DNA from: Laetmonice hystrix
Taxonomy: Eukaryota
NCBI GenBank assembly: GCA_965235115.1
Contig: OZ249445.1
Coordinates: 15,190,001-15,254,000, forward strand
DNA: 64,000 bases
Reading direction: 5' to 3'
Shown here one piece after another: positions 14,301 through 26,300 of this stretch. A program made the translations under genes and the position numbers. Position 1 is the stretch's first letter, and every line of letters starts with the position of its first letter. Below the pieces are notes generated by a model. The model was given only the letters and a program-made list of their open reading frames with translations. It had not been told where the DNA came from and did not search any database.

Positions 14301-17300
14301 GAATATTTAATTTAACAATCATTGAAGGGCCAGGGACTAAAGTGATTTCTTCATGCAATCTCCTTTTCAACTTCGAAAAAAAAAGTTCCGTGTGCTAGCC
14401 GTAGGCAGTGAGTAATTGCTAGAACAGCAGCGTAAGAACAAAGCTTGCCTGATGAGGAAGAATGAGCAGTGGATGTTATTATTGGGGTGTACGGGTCGTT
14501 ACAGGAGGCGGTGGGCTGGGATCCTCACCGTCATGGGAGGCAGTGGACTGGGATCCTCACCATCATGGGAGGCGGCGGGCTGGGATCTGACCGTCATGGG
14601 AGGCGGTGGGCTGGGATCCTCACCGTCATGGGAGGCGGTGGGCTGGGATCCTCACCGTCATGGGAGGTGGTGGACTGGGATCCTCACCGTCATGGGAGGC
14701 GGTGGGCTGGGATCCTCACCGTCATGGGAGGCGGTGGGCTGGGATCCTCACCGTCATGGGAGGCGGTGGACTGGGATCCTCAGTCATGCGAGGCGGTGGG
14801 CTGGAATCCTCACCGTCATGGGAGGCGGTGGGCTGGGACCCTCACCGTCATGGGAGGCGGTGGACTGGGATCCTCACCGTCATGGTAGGGGGTGGGCTGG
14901 GACCCTCACCGTCATGGGAGGCGGTGGGCTGGGATCCTCACCGTCATGGGAGGCGGTGGGCTGGGATCCTCACCGTGATGGAAGGCGGTGGGCTGGGATC
15001 CTCACCGTGATGGGAGGCGGTGGACTGGGATCCTCACCGTGATGGGAGGCGGTGGGCTGGGATCATCATCCTGGTCCAGGTTAGGCCATGGCTGGACCGT
15101 TAATTGGGGACCTGAGTGGTGAGTCTGAGCTGATGTCGGGGTTGGAGCCTGACTGGCTGAATACCTCTGCCCACACACCCTCAGGCTAAGGACAGTTAAT
15201 CCACTGTCGCCTCCATAATGGATGAGTGGAGTGGTGGGGAGAAGTTTGCAGATTACCCCAGGGGTAGGGCCAAGATGGGTGCCGAGTGCACGAATGTCCA
15301 ACACTTGTTCACCCATTCTCTTTCTACTGCTTTCATCCCAAAACCTGCCCGAATCTCTGCCTGCATCGTGTTCCGAGAACCGGCGTCGTTGGAATGAAAT
15401 GGAACCAAGAATGAATAGAAAATGGAGGACCCCGAGATAATTCACAACAGTGGGTTAAAACTTGTTATGGGGTAAACCCTACAGGATGGGTACTGGAATA
15501 GATGAACCTATTCCTATGTAAAATGTCGGTAGCCGTGAGTAGTATATGAGATGTGAGTGTTAGTGCTGGTAGTTATGACGAGAACTTTGCCAGGATTGTC
15601 AGGGTGAGGCCTGGCCGTCACTGAGTACGTACGTGTAACGTTCTCGACGGTAATGGACAAACTGACCGGAATGGAGGATGGCCAGTTAATGCCAAGATGG
15701 ATGTTGTCATTGATAGACTGGATATACCTTGAATTACCCCTGCCGGCCCCGACAGGAGCTTCTATCAATAATATAGGGGGTAATTATATTCCGCCAGTCG
15801 GAGACGTTAGTCACAGTGGTTTCAGTTGTTGGGTAGAACTATATTGTGCCCTAGCCTGGAGAAGGTAATTGTGTGTGTGTGTGCTGTGTTAGAATGGAAG
15901 TATGTACTGGTGTAAGATAGAAGCAGCCCCACCCCCCCCCCCCGCCGGCCTCCGACTTTACCGCGGTTATACCGTACGTCATCAGGCCTCAGGGTCTCTC
16001 ACCATATTGACGACGTTCATGGGACGTCATACCAGAGTGTGCACTTATTGCACATGTCGTCCATACCGCCTCCTGTCTAACCTCACACCCAGAGCACCCA
16101 TCTGTCACCTCCTGTCTCAGCCATCTGTCACCTCCTGTCTCAGCCTACCATCTGTACCACTCAACTGTCCCCCACCGTCCGCGGAGACTTGCCGCCTTTC
16201 TCCGTATTGCCTGCTATATTGTTTTATCCCCCTACCTACTCCCTGTAATATTGCTTGCTGATGAGAATATGTTACAGTGGCAGCCGTCCCAAGTGATACA
16301 TCGTAATGAAAGCTGCAGCTGTAGCTTTTCAAAATATCATTAATCTCCTCGACGTGGCCAGGGAGACTTTTCTTGACATATCCGATAATCTCAGCTTGTT
16401 TGTCGTTAATCCTGTGATTATTGTGTCTCTCGCTGCAGATCATCCTCCAGTCGCGAGATTACAATGCGCTGTCGATGAGCGTGATGGCCTTCGTGGCCAT
16501 GCTCTATCCACTCGAGTATATGTTCCCCGTCATTCCACTGCTGCCTACCTGTATGTCATCTGCTGAACAGGTACCTCCTTTTTATCATCCCACTCAACAA
16601 TCTGCAAATCGCTTATAATTGAATTCCATACATCAGTATAAGAGATTAATTTCATTTTAAGGCCAAAATATACTTATCTTGGGACAGATTATATTTTGAA
16701 TGGTTGATGAATTTGTTAATTCTGTCAAAACTTTGGAACGGGCCGTATTGTGTGTATTGGTCTTGAGTTTTACAACTGGTTATGTTTTTTCACAATAATG
16801 ATTCCTTACCAGAAAGATTAGAAAAGTGCCGTACTAACTGTAGAGTAGTAAATTGGCTTGAGTTTTCCGAAGAAGTAAGTCTGAGAGTGTGGTCAATATT
16901 TGATTGCAGTTGTTGCTGGCTCCGACGCCGTTCATCATCGGAATCCCGTCCAGCTTCCTCATGTACAAACAGAACTTCAGATTGCCCGACGATGTCTGGC
17001 TTGTTGACCTGGATTCCAACAGGGTGAGTGACTGCCCACTGTTGTCGGACGGAAAACCTAGATGGAACATTGATGAACTGAATTGATTACAAAATGAAGA
17101 GTGGTTTTCTAAACAGTTTAAGCTTATTTTTATTTATTTTATTACGAAAGTAAGTACTGGTGAGTCACTTTTGGATCTGAGGTGATCTTGTAACCGTTTT
17201 GCTGAAACGTAACCAGTTTATGGATGATTTTTTTTTTTATACTATCTCAGTTACTAAGTCCGGGACGGTGGGACCAGCATCGTGCAATTAACCAGGCTCA

Positions 17301-20300
17301 TGCCCAAGCCCAGGCCCAGGCTCAAGCTCAAGCCCAGGCCCAGGCCCAGGCTCAGGCCCAGGCTCAGGCCCAGGCTAACCAAGGTGCAGCTCCAAACGTA
17401 CCCCAAGTCCAGCTTCCGCCACAGGGGCCCTACTCAGAGCGCGACAGGATTGCAGCGCAGCAACAACAGCAAATGCTCCAGCAACAACAGCAAATGCTCC
17501 AGAAACAGCAATTTCATCAACAACAGCAACATCAGTACCAGATGCAGCAACACATGCAAAAACAGAATGGGGTATGTTTGATTCTCATTATGTTCTTGAA
17601 ACCTAGCAATTTTTTATCTCAGGTTCCTGTGGTTTTTCACAGTACTTTTTGAACCCCACTTCCTGCTAGTATGAGGTTGAGTATAGAAAAGCCATGTTCA
17701 AAACGTGGAGCCCAGCGTGGGCAGGCAGACCTAGCCATGAGTACTTGAGGAAGGCTGTCCCCACTTGGCGGTTGAGCCGTAGATTGCCGCCATTAAGAGG
17801 CGAGTGGCTGTGGGCCGAACGTGAGACGTCCTTATAGTAATCCATGGGATTCTCTGCGACTCTGTGCGCCGGGCCAGACAAACGAGACAGCTCACTCCCA
17901 CACACGGCTCGATATCAACTCCAGCCGAGTCAGTCCCCACTGCGCAATACTGACTGCTTTATCCTTCTAATGCGTACACGTCCTGTGCTAGTTAGTGCTG
18001 ATTATAGATATGACTTCAATCTGTGTGAACAGTACTCAAATAATGAACTGGGATTCTCTTTCAGCAGTTACCGAGATACACGCGGCGTGTTGTGTCAGAG
18101 CATGGTATTAAAACACAATCGTCGCATATACCGATAGCATACATTTATCATAGGTGTTATTTGATTAGGGTGACAAACAATGCGTGAATCCAGAGAAAAT
18201 TAGAATGTAATCTTTAGAATAACCTGTATTTTACTGTAGCCTGTACTGTGAGAGCGTGGGAACCAAACAGATGGCGTCAGCTTGGAGTCATTCGCTTGCT
18301 GTGTCTTATAATTTGTTTGTTTCACCTCACTTAACTGACCAGATGATTCAGAGCCTCCATTACCTTTCTTTCGGTCAGCGTCAGTTCGTAACTATTCGTC
18401 ATTTTGTGTGATAAAAGTAATCAGTGACCATTCGATTACTAATGGCCTTCATTTTTTATAAAAGAAGAATCTGTATGCTAATGAAACAAACCATTCAGGG
18501 TCGGCCTTAATATCGTAACGTTGATGAGGTTGATCCCGCTAGGAGAATTATAGCGAGAGTAAATGTGATAGGACACATTTCCATGTTAGCCAGTATTTAT
18601 GGGACCGTAAGCGGGTTGACATTGCCATCAGTCAGAACAAAGTGGATCAAGCCGTCATTAGGTGTCATAACCGGGATTTATACCTGACTCAGCAAGTCTG
18701 CAACGTGTGGTCGGTGGGGGGGGGGGGGGGGGGGTGGAGCAAATGAGTTCTGTGAATCTCGCTTCTTCTGTGGCGAGGACATTATGAACTCATTCTAAGG
18801 ACATTAGCTAAAATGGGCAGAAAAGGGGGTGGGGGGTATAGTGCTAGGTGGCTGTATGGTATGCTTATTGACATGGTTGTACAGAAAGGACTTGCATTAG
18901 CGGAGGTCGGTTGGTAGGGTGACCTTGAGATTGATTAGTAGAGGTCAGGTGGGAGCCTGAAGGTCAGTGTGGCTATGTTTGTGTTGTACCAGTGACAGTG
19001 GCTGGAACTGGAGAACAGGCTGACGTCATACAACACCAATCCAACCCAACGCGCGCTTCGTGCGGAAATTGGTTTTAATAAAACCATTCCTGGCCGTTAT
19101 CAAATAAAGGGTTGTTGACTTTCACCGAGTGGTCAGAACAGAAACAAGAGGGCATAAAGTCATATAATTAGGATTGATTTAAATCAGTGACAATGTTCCA
19201 GGAATGCCAGACTCTGCCATTGACTCTGATTATTGACCGGGTGTGCCGGGGGGGGGGGGGGGGGCATCGGTCTCCGATAATGAGGCGCTCTCTGCCGTTT
19301 ATTTATTCCGGACAGTTCTCCGAACTCAGAAGATGGCCCTCAGACAAAGCCAGCACGCATCTTGAGCCGGGGTGGGGCAGTTGGTGACTAATTAAATTGT
19401 TGACTCCCTCGCAATGACGTAAATCATCTCACCTGAGACATGAAGACAAATGGCTGCCGACAACATCTATTTATATAACAGTCCCGCTGTGGCCCCAGCG
19501 GAGACAAGATACATTATGCGTACATATACAGCATCCGAATATAGCGTACGATATGCCTGTGTTATCTCGGTGTATTAGGAATATAGCGTACGATATGCCT
19601 GTGTTATCTCGGTGTATTAGGAATATAGCGTACGATATGCCTGTGTTATCTCGGTGTATTAGGAATACAATTTGTAAAGTGATTGTTATTCAGTCCGACA
19701 TTTTGTCTGCGTTTTGTCTGCGTTTTGCCAGAGGGTGGTTTGAGGAGCTTTATGTGAGTTGTTAGGTGGTCCCTGGACTGACGAGATATTAGAACGCTGG
19801 CGTTTGTCGTAAATCATTACGTTTATTTCCTGCCCCCTGGGGTCGACCGGCGTGGGATTACTGGAGTGGAGGGTGCCCTTGACCTGAGGACGGCGGGTTC
19901 AACCTGTGCGAGATTTGTATTGTCGGTCAGGCCTCACGAGGTGAGCGGTCAGTCCCGGTAACAACACGGTCAACCATGGTCACTAACAATACCCCGGCAA
20001 GGTATTCACAGTAATAACACTTACCATCACAGTCACCCCACGTCATCGTGGACAATGAATTATACAACAGGGCCTTGGTTCCTGGTTGGCATACTCGTTC
20101 AATATGACGTTCAGAAAAATAATAATATTTCTATTTGATGGAACAATCTCTAACAAAGCATGCATTGGGAGCCTGACTGAAGTGTATAAATGAGGATTAA
20201 TAGATTCCCCCTCTGGGCGTTCATTAGCGATATGGATCCAGCTGGCATGCAGTCATCAGATCTCCGAAAGTATCTTCCTACTTCGATAAGATTCACCGCC

Positions 20301-23300
20301 AGATCCCAGAACAAAAGGACTTGATGAAAGAGTAGAGAATCGTCTCTGTACCACTGTATGTATTCTGCCGGTCGTTTTTTTATGGAGTCTCCCTTGTGAC
20401 GGATGAAACAGGAGAAGATCTTTAGAAAGCGCCTACTGTGGTTGCCTAACGACAGGCTATTTATATCTTCGGAAGACGGCAGGAGAAAGGCGATCCCTGG
20501 AGACAGTCGTCAATAGTCGCCGGGGGGGGGGGGGGGGGGGCATTGTGAGGCGAGGAACACGAGTCTGTCCATGTGAGGGGGTACGTCACACACCCCTCAC
20601 ACCTCACCCTAACCCACCCAGACAGAGGGGAAGGTGTTGTCATGGAAACACAGGGAGCACACCTGATAAATCAAGTACTTGGTGCCCTCTGCCCGTCTAG
20701 CATGTGTACATAGAAGTGGTATGACAGAGAGACACCCTCTGGCCTTAATGTAGAATTAGTAGATGAAGCCTTGGTTTAATGCATTGCCGTTCTGCAGCCG
20801 GTCGGGAAACATGGCGGTCTGGGGACCGAGTGATTCTGCTTTGGTACTACTCGGGTTTTTTGGGGGGCACTGTTTTTTTCCATGGTGACGTGAAGAAGAT
20901 AAACTGCCCGCTTGTCCTGTTGCGTCGTTTGTGGCGAGTAGGACGGCAGCAGGCAGTATGGGGGGGGGGGAGGTGGTTGGTCCTCCTGTCGGCTACTGTT
21001 GGCCGTCTCCAGGACGGAAACACGTTTTGTAGAGAGAGCTGCCGAGTCCTGGCCCCGGGTTTTAGTTTGCAAACTCAGTCTTAAGATTCAAATCTTAAGA
21101 CTGAACTCTTGTTTCAGAGCTTCTTTTCCAGTCTTAAGATTGGTAAAGTAACAAACTAAAAACCGGGCCCTGGGGTCAGATGTCATTATTCACGCCTGGA
21201 ATACGCTCCGATATTTCTCAGTTGGTTGGCGGGGTGGATTATTGTCTGTAGAGTTATTATAGCATTTACTGTGCGAGCAGAAAGAAAGAGGGAGAAATTG
21301 TTATTAGACGCCAGAATGTGATAAATGTCTGTCAGGGTGATATCCGATTATCTCACGGAACGAGTAGCGGTGAAAACATGGATAGCGTCAGTTGTAACGT
21401 CTTCGTTTACATCTACTAGCCCTGTCAGAGTCAACTTGAATGTTGCTTGTCGTAGATCTCACAACCGGCCAGCTGCCAAGGGACCGTACATTGCGGGGTA
21501 GACCGTTCAGATACCCCCCCCCCCCCCCTTCCAATTCTGATGGTGGACTGTGCATCCAGACTTAGCATAATGATCACTGAGTCCTAAATTTGATCCCGGC
21601 TGTGCCGGGGTGATGGAGTCGGCCGCCAAGGTTTATGTGAGCGAGGCGGCGGGCAGTGTGATGAAGTGGACCATAGACTGTCGAGTTTATGAGCGGTCGG
21701 TGGGGTACTGGACGCTCACCGCCCTCACCTCCACACTGAGGGTGGGCAAACTGACTGCCGCTACCATAACCTTATCACCAAACCCCACCACCTGCCCTCT
21801 CCCTGACACAGGTGCTAACACTGAATGCTGCCACGGCCGTATTCAAGCCGGCATCCATATTAATGTGGGTGCAAAGTTCTTGCCGGAGGAATTCCAGATG
21901 CAAATGGGTTTACGTCCTAGCAGATATCATCAGTCATTATATCAGGGGGAAAGTTGAAAATTGTTTTGCATATTACATAATATCATAAACGAACTTTGAA
22001 AAATTGGGACAATGTATGGTTCTATGATTTAGCTTAGCGCCATGTTCTCAATGATTATTGACCGATTCCCTCTTGCGGAGACACCGTTGCCATCCCAACA
22101 TCTTTTCCGTCAAAAGAAAAAAGATTAAATTCCTTTGCGGAGTTATTCATTTAATTACATCAGCCTGCCATGAGGTACGGTAAGGGCGACATGATGAAGA
22201 TGTCTGGCAGGGCCATGGAGACGTAGGCAGATGTGGTTTGGGCATATTTGACATCTTGAGAAGAATTTGGTTACATGTAAAATTGAGCATGACTTGATAT
22301 GGAAAGATTGGCCTTCAGCAAGTAAAGTGTTCTTGCACACAGGAACATGGCAGAGAGGCAAATCAATCCATGCAGTTGATGAATGAATCAAAAGCAGGAG
22401 TCACCTGTGATTGAGGGTCACCAGTATGGACGTCAGACCATTTTACACCAAGCCATCTACCTGTCTGTGTTTCTAATTCTGTCTGTATTCATTACACGTG
22501 AGATTCTAACAGCGTGTGTTAAATTTGTCTCTCAGGAATTCAAGCATCCCTGTCAAAATGAGAATCACGCCCGAACAGGAGTTGTTTGACTGCAAGTCAC
22601 GTTGTTGATCATGTGAATGAATTGTGACGTCATTGTAACGTCATGGCGGTTTCTCTTTGTCTTTGACTTAACTAGATGTCGGCTGCCACAGATGAACTCC
22701 CGCAAATGCCAGAACCCGAGGGGACAGTCTTGAAGAACCACCTCAGACAGGTTAGTAACCATGGCAACCACATTGTACATGTACTGCCTTGACAGTAGGC
22801 CAGCACTGATTACTCTCAGTGAACTGATGCTGTCAGCTGCCACGATATCTACAGCTGTTAGCCTACTGCTTGCTCTCAGTGCCAACTATGGCAATTGTTA
22901 CATGTTGTCATTTCGCGATAAAGCTATTTTCTTGGTGTTTTAATAGGAGGCATGCTTGTTGGGAACACATTTGAGTAGACTCTACTTCAAGAGAAATGTT
23001 TTTGAAGTTTTTCCATTGTTCTAAAATGTGAAGGCGAGCGAGAGATATTGCCTGGGCATATTGTTACTGAGAGATATTGCCTGGGGATATTGTTACTGAG
23101 AGATATTGCCTGGGGATATTGTTACTGAGAGATATTGCCTGGGGATATTGTTACTGAGAGATATTGCCTGGGGATATTGTTACTGAGAGATATTGCCTGG
23201 GGATATTGTTACTGAGAGATATTGCCTGGGGATATTGTTACTGAGAGATATTGCCTAGGGATATTGTTAGTGAGAGATATTGCCTGGGGATATTGTTAGT

Positions 23301-26300
23301 GAGAGATATTGCCTGGGGATATTATTACTGAGAGATATTGCCTGGGGATTAAATTTAATGTGCCTGGCTTCCTTTGTGAAAATACTGGGATGGTTTGTTG
23401 TCGAGAAAGCAAGCCGTGTGACTCCTCCCTCACGACCTGATGAGGTTCATTTAGAGTGTTTCCTTAGTGATTAATTGAGGCTGGTTGAAATGTCATAAAG
23501 TAAGTTCAATTAATCTCTCAGACAACCTAGATTCTCTTCACAACACGCCACGGCAGACTGGCTCGCAGTAAAAGGATGGGTTTTTTTATTATTTGACATT
23601 CTCTCATTTGCTAGTACAACATGCTTATGTTCACAAATTTATATTTCATGTCCTTGACATTCTTCAACACATTTGTGTTACCTGTAAAATATAGTTATGA
23701 ATGGGGCAGCCTGACCCGAACTCGCTGAGGTAAAAGCGACCGGAATTTTACTGGGAGATGGTTGGCAAGATTTGAAAGACCTATCCACCCTTATCTTTCC
23801 TGCACAAAAAAGCTTGGGTTTCACCTGTCTAGTGTGGCTGTTGTCTGCATGCCGTGTGACCTAATTATCATGTACGTTTCTTTCAGATGTTGTCAGGTGA
23901 ACGGTCTAGAGTTCAAAGCCTCCTTCAGGTATAATCTCATTGGAAACGGAGCGAATCTTGAGTGTGCCCTAACGTTAAGGTGTACATATCGTACCTGTAT
24001 TTTTGAAACTAAAAAACCTGCCCGCTTTTAAACTTCAGTTTTTCTTGAGCGAGGAAGCAGCAAAGGTAAATGTTGGGTGGTGCCTCTGTAGCTCCACCTT
24101 CGCCTGGTGTCTCTCCCCCTCCCCCCTCCCCTCGACATGCATGAGGTACAGAATTCTAGAAGTAAGTTTTGAACCCTTACAGGCAGACTAAGGTGGTTAC
24201 CCAAGGCTACTCATTGGTTCTTGAACATTAGACATAGGGATATATAAGATATAGGGAATAAATTGTTGCAGTCTAACACAGCAGGACGCCCTCCTATCGT
24301 TATTATAAAGTTTGCGAAATTTTAAAACATAGCCAGTAAGTGCCAAAGTACAGTTCAAGCATGGGATGTCACCGAATAGTTTTAAGTGTAGAGGATGGAC
24401 AGGGAAGGTTGTCGGGAGACGGGACTGAAAGTGAAGGTCGGACACTCTGATAGACAGAAACAAATACAAATGTAGAGGGAACGGAAAGTTTTATGTGATA
24501 ACAATGGAAACGGTTGTTTTCTGTGATTGGAGGAAGATAGAATTTGGACCCTGCTTGTACCTTGTTGGCTATCAGTGACTAAACCATCATTGGCCCTGGT
24601 CCCACCCCGACAGAAACACAAAATGATAATAGGGGTTGATTGACTGCCTGTAATAAATGGCGGAGATCATTGGGCAGTCCGAGGATTCTGGTTACTGAAC
24701 TTGAAGATTTCCAGTATAACTCGCTGAACCTGAAGTGTATGTCATACGTTCGTGTACATACAGGATACAAACTATCATTTTGTCGTAATGTTGATTCCCT
24801 TCTAATCTCACTGAACTCCTATGCTCGTTCTGAAAGCTCACCAAGCCTACACTAACTTCCTGTTAGAATCTGGTCGAGCCTTTGATCTTTCTCCTTTCCT
24901 TGGAATATTTCATTGGTGTTGGTGGTTTCCCTACCTACCACCAGGTGGCGTGTGAGTGTGGAAGATGAGTATTTTCAAAGATGGCTGATTTGGTGGTAAC
25001 CACTTGTAGATCCTGGATGGGAGCAGTCAGTGGTTCCGGCAGTACATGGAGAACTTAGGATCAGTAAGTTCATAGTCAGGTTCACGGCACGTGCCTCAGC
25101 TCTGCTCTTCAACTTAAACTGCAACTTAAACTGCAACTTAAACTCAAACTTAATGTCAAATCGCTGGTGCAATCGAATATTTGGCGAACTTCGAGTAAAT
25201 GCCTACATGACCATTAAAGGTGTATTTTTGTCCCCTAAAAATTCTTTTAACCTTTTAAATACTAATTATCAGATAGATCTCAAACTAAATGAAGTTTTGG
25301 CCTCCTCCCTGCACTGGAAGAATAAGAAATTATACTGTACTTCGGGACAACGAGAAATCCACCCGATTTGTTAGGTTCAGAGAAATGTGTGTTTTTCACA
25401 GTGGATCAGTAGCTAATGTTTAACTAGATGTGTGTATCCAATTAATGGGTTGAGGTTATTTAAATTCTGAGTGTCAGACCAAATATACTAACAGTTACTA
25501 ATGACTAGTTTGTGTTTGAGCCAAGTTCCGATTGCATCGGGTTTGACAGAATCTCACGGAATGTGGGGCTCTTAGCAAACAATCCAATCTGTCTTGTCAG
25601 CTAGTTGGTTTGGGATGAACTATTAATGCTCTAATCCAGTGCATGTCAGATTAACAGGTCAGCCACTAAGTCTGTGATTATGAATGCGGGATTTTATTAC
25701 AGCATGAAGGTGGCTAGAAGTACTAAGTGAATTTGGGGGAGAGTTACACGTTGAAGAACTTGCTGTCAGGCCAGATCTGAATATAGAAACTGACTTTATG
25801 TATAATGTCCAGGAACTGCCCTCATAATAACTTGAGTCCTGTTCAGTACAGATTGATATGAGAGGAGAAAACTTAAGTGTAGTTGTATCAGGAGGTAATT
25901 ATCCATTTTCCGGCTAAGTGACCGAGGGCGGGTTAGGACAGATGACCGTTGATCTCAGAATACTGAAAACTATGGCCGTCAGTTTGGGCAGTGATAAGTC
26001 AGGATATGGTTAAACATAGCTTAGGGAATTCCTCTCCTCTGCTTGTTGGTTTGAAGGGCTGTTTACATTTAGCATCTTTGTGATTGCACTTCATAGCAAC
26101 CAAGGTAAAAATGGGTGCAAATGCTATAAATGCCAGGATATACATTTGACTAACCATACATTCTTAGGAAAATAAAGTCATGAATTTATGTTTACTCACC
26201 AAGGTCAGGCTCAAGGTTTCTGGTTAAGCAAGTTAGAGCTGCTGCTTCGGGGGAAAAATCTTGAATCACCCTGTGTACTGAGTGGGCTTGGAAAGCAAAA

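Noticed and set aside
14416-15042. 134-208 aa ORFs with [12 protein letters not shown] repeats
   Set aside because: Translation of the 32-bp minisatellite, cycling through all three frames.
15826-15864. 39-nt phase-0 exon-like segment ([13 protein letters not shown], cag|...AAG|gtaatt)
   Set aside because: It would split the tightly conserved LEHK-IILQ core of cDENN, has a poor pyrimidine tract and has no in-frame ATG. Only a 5' UTR role remains possible.
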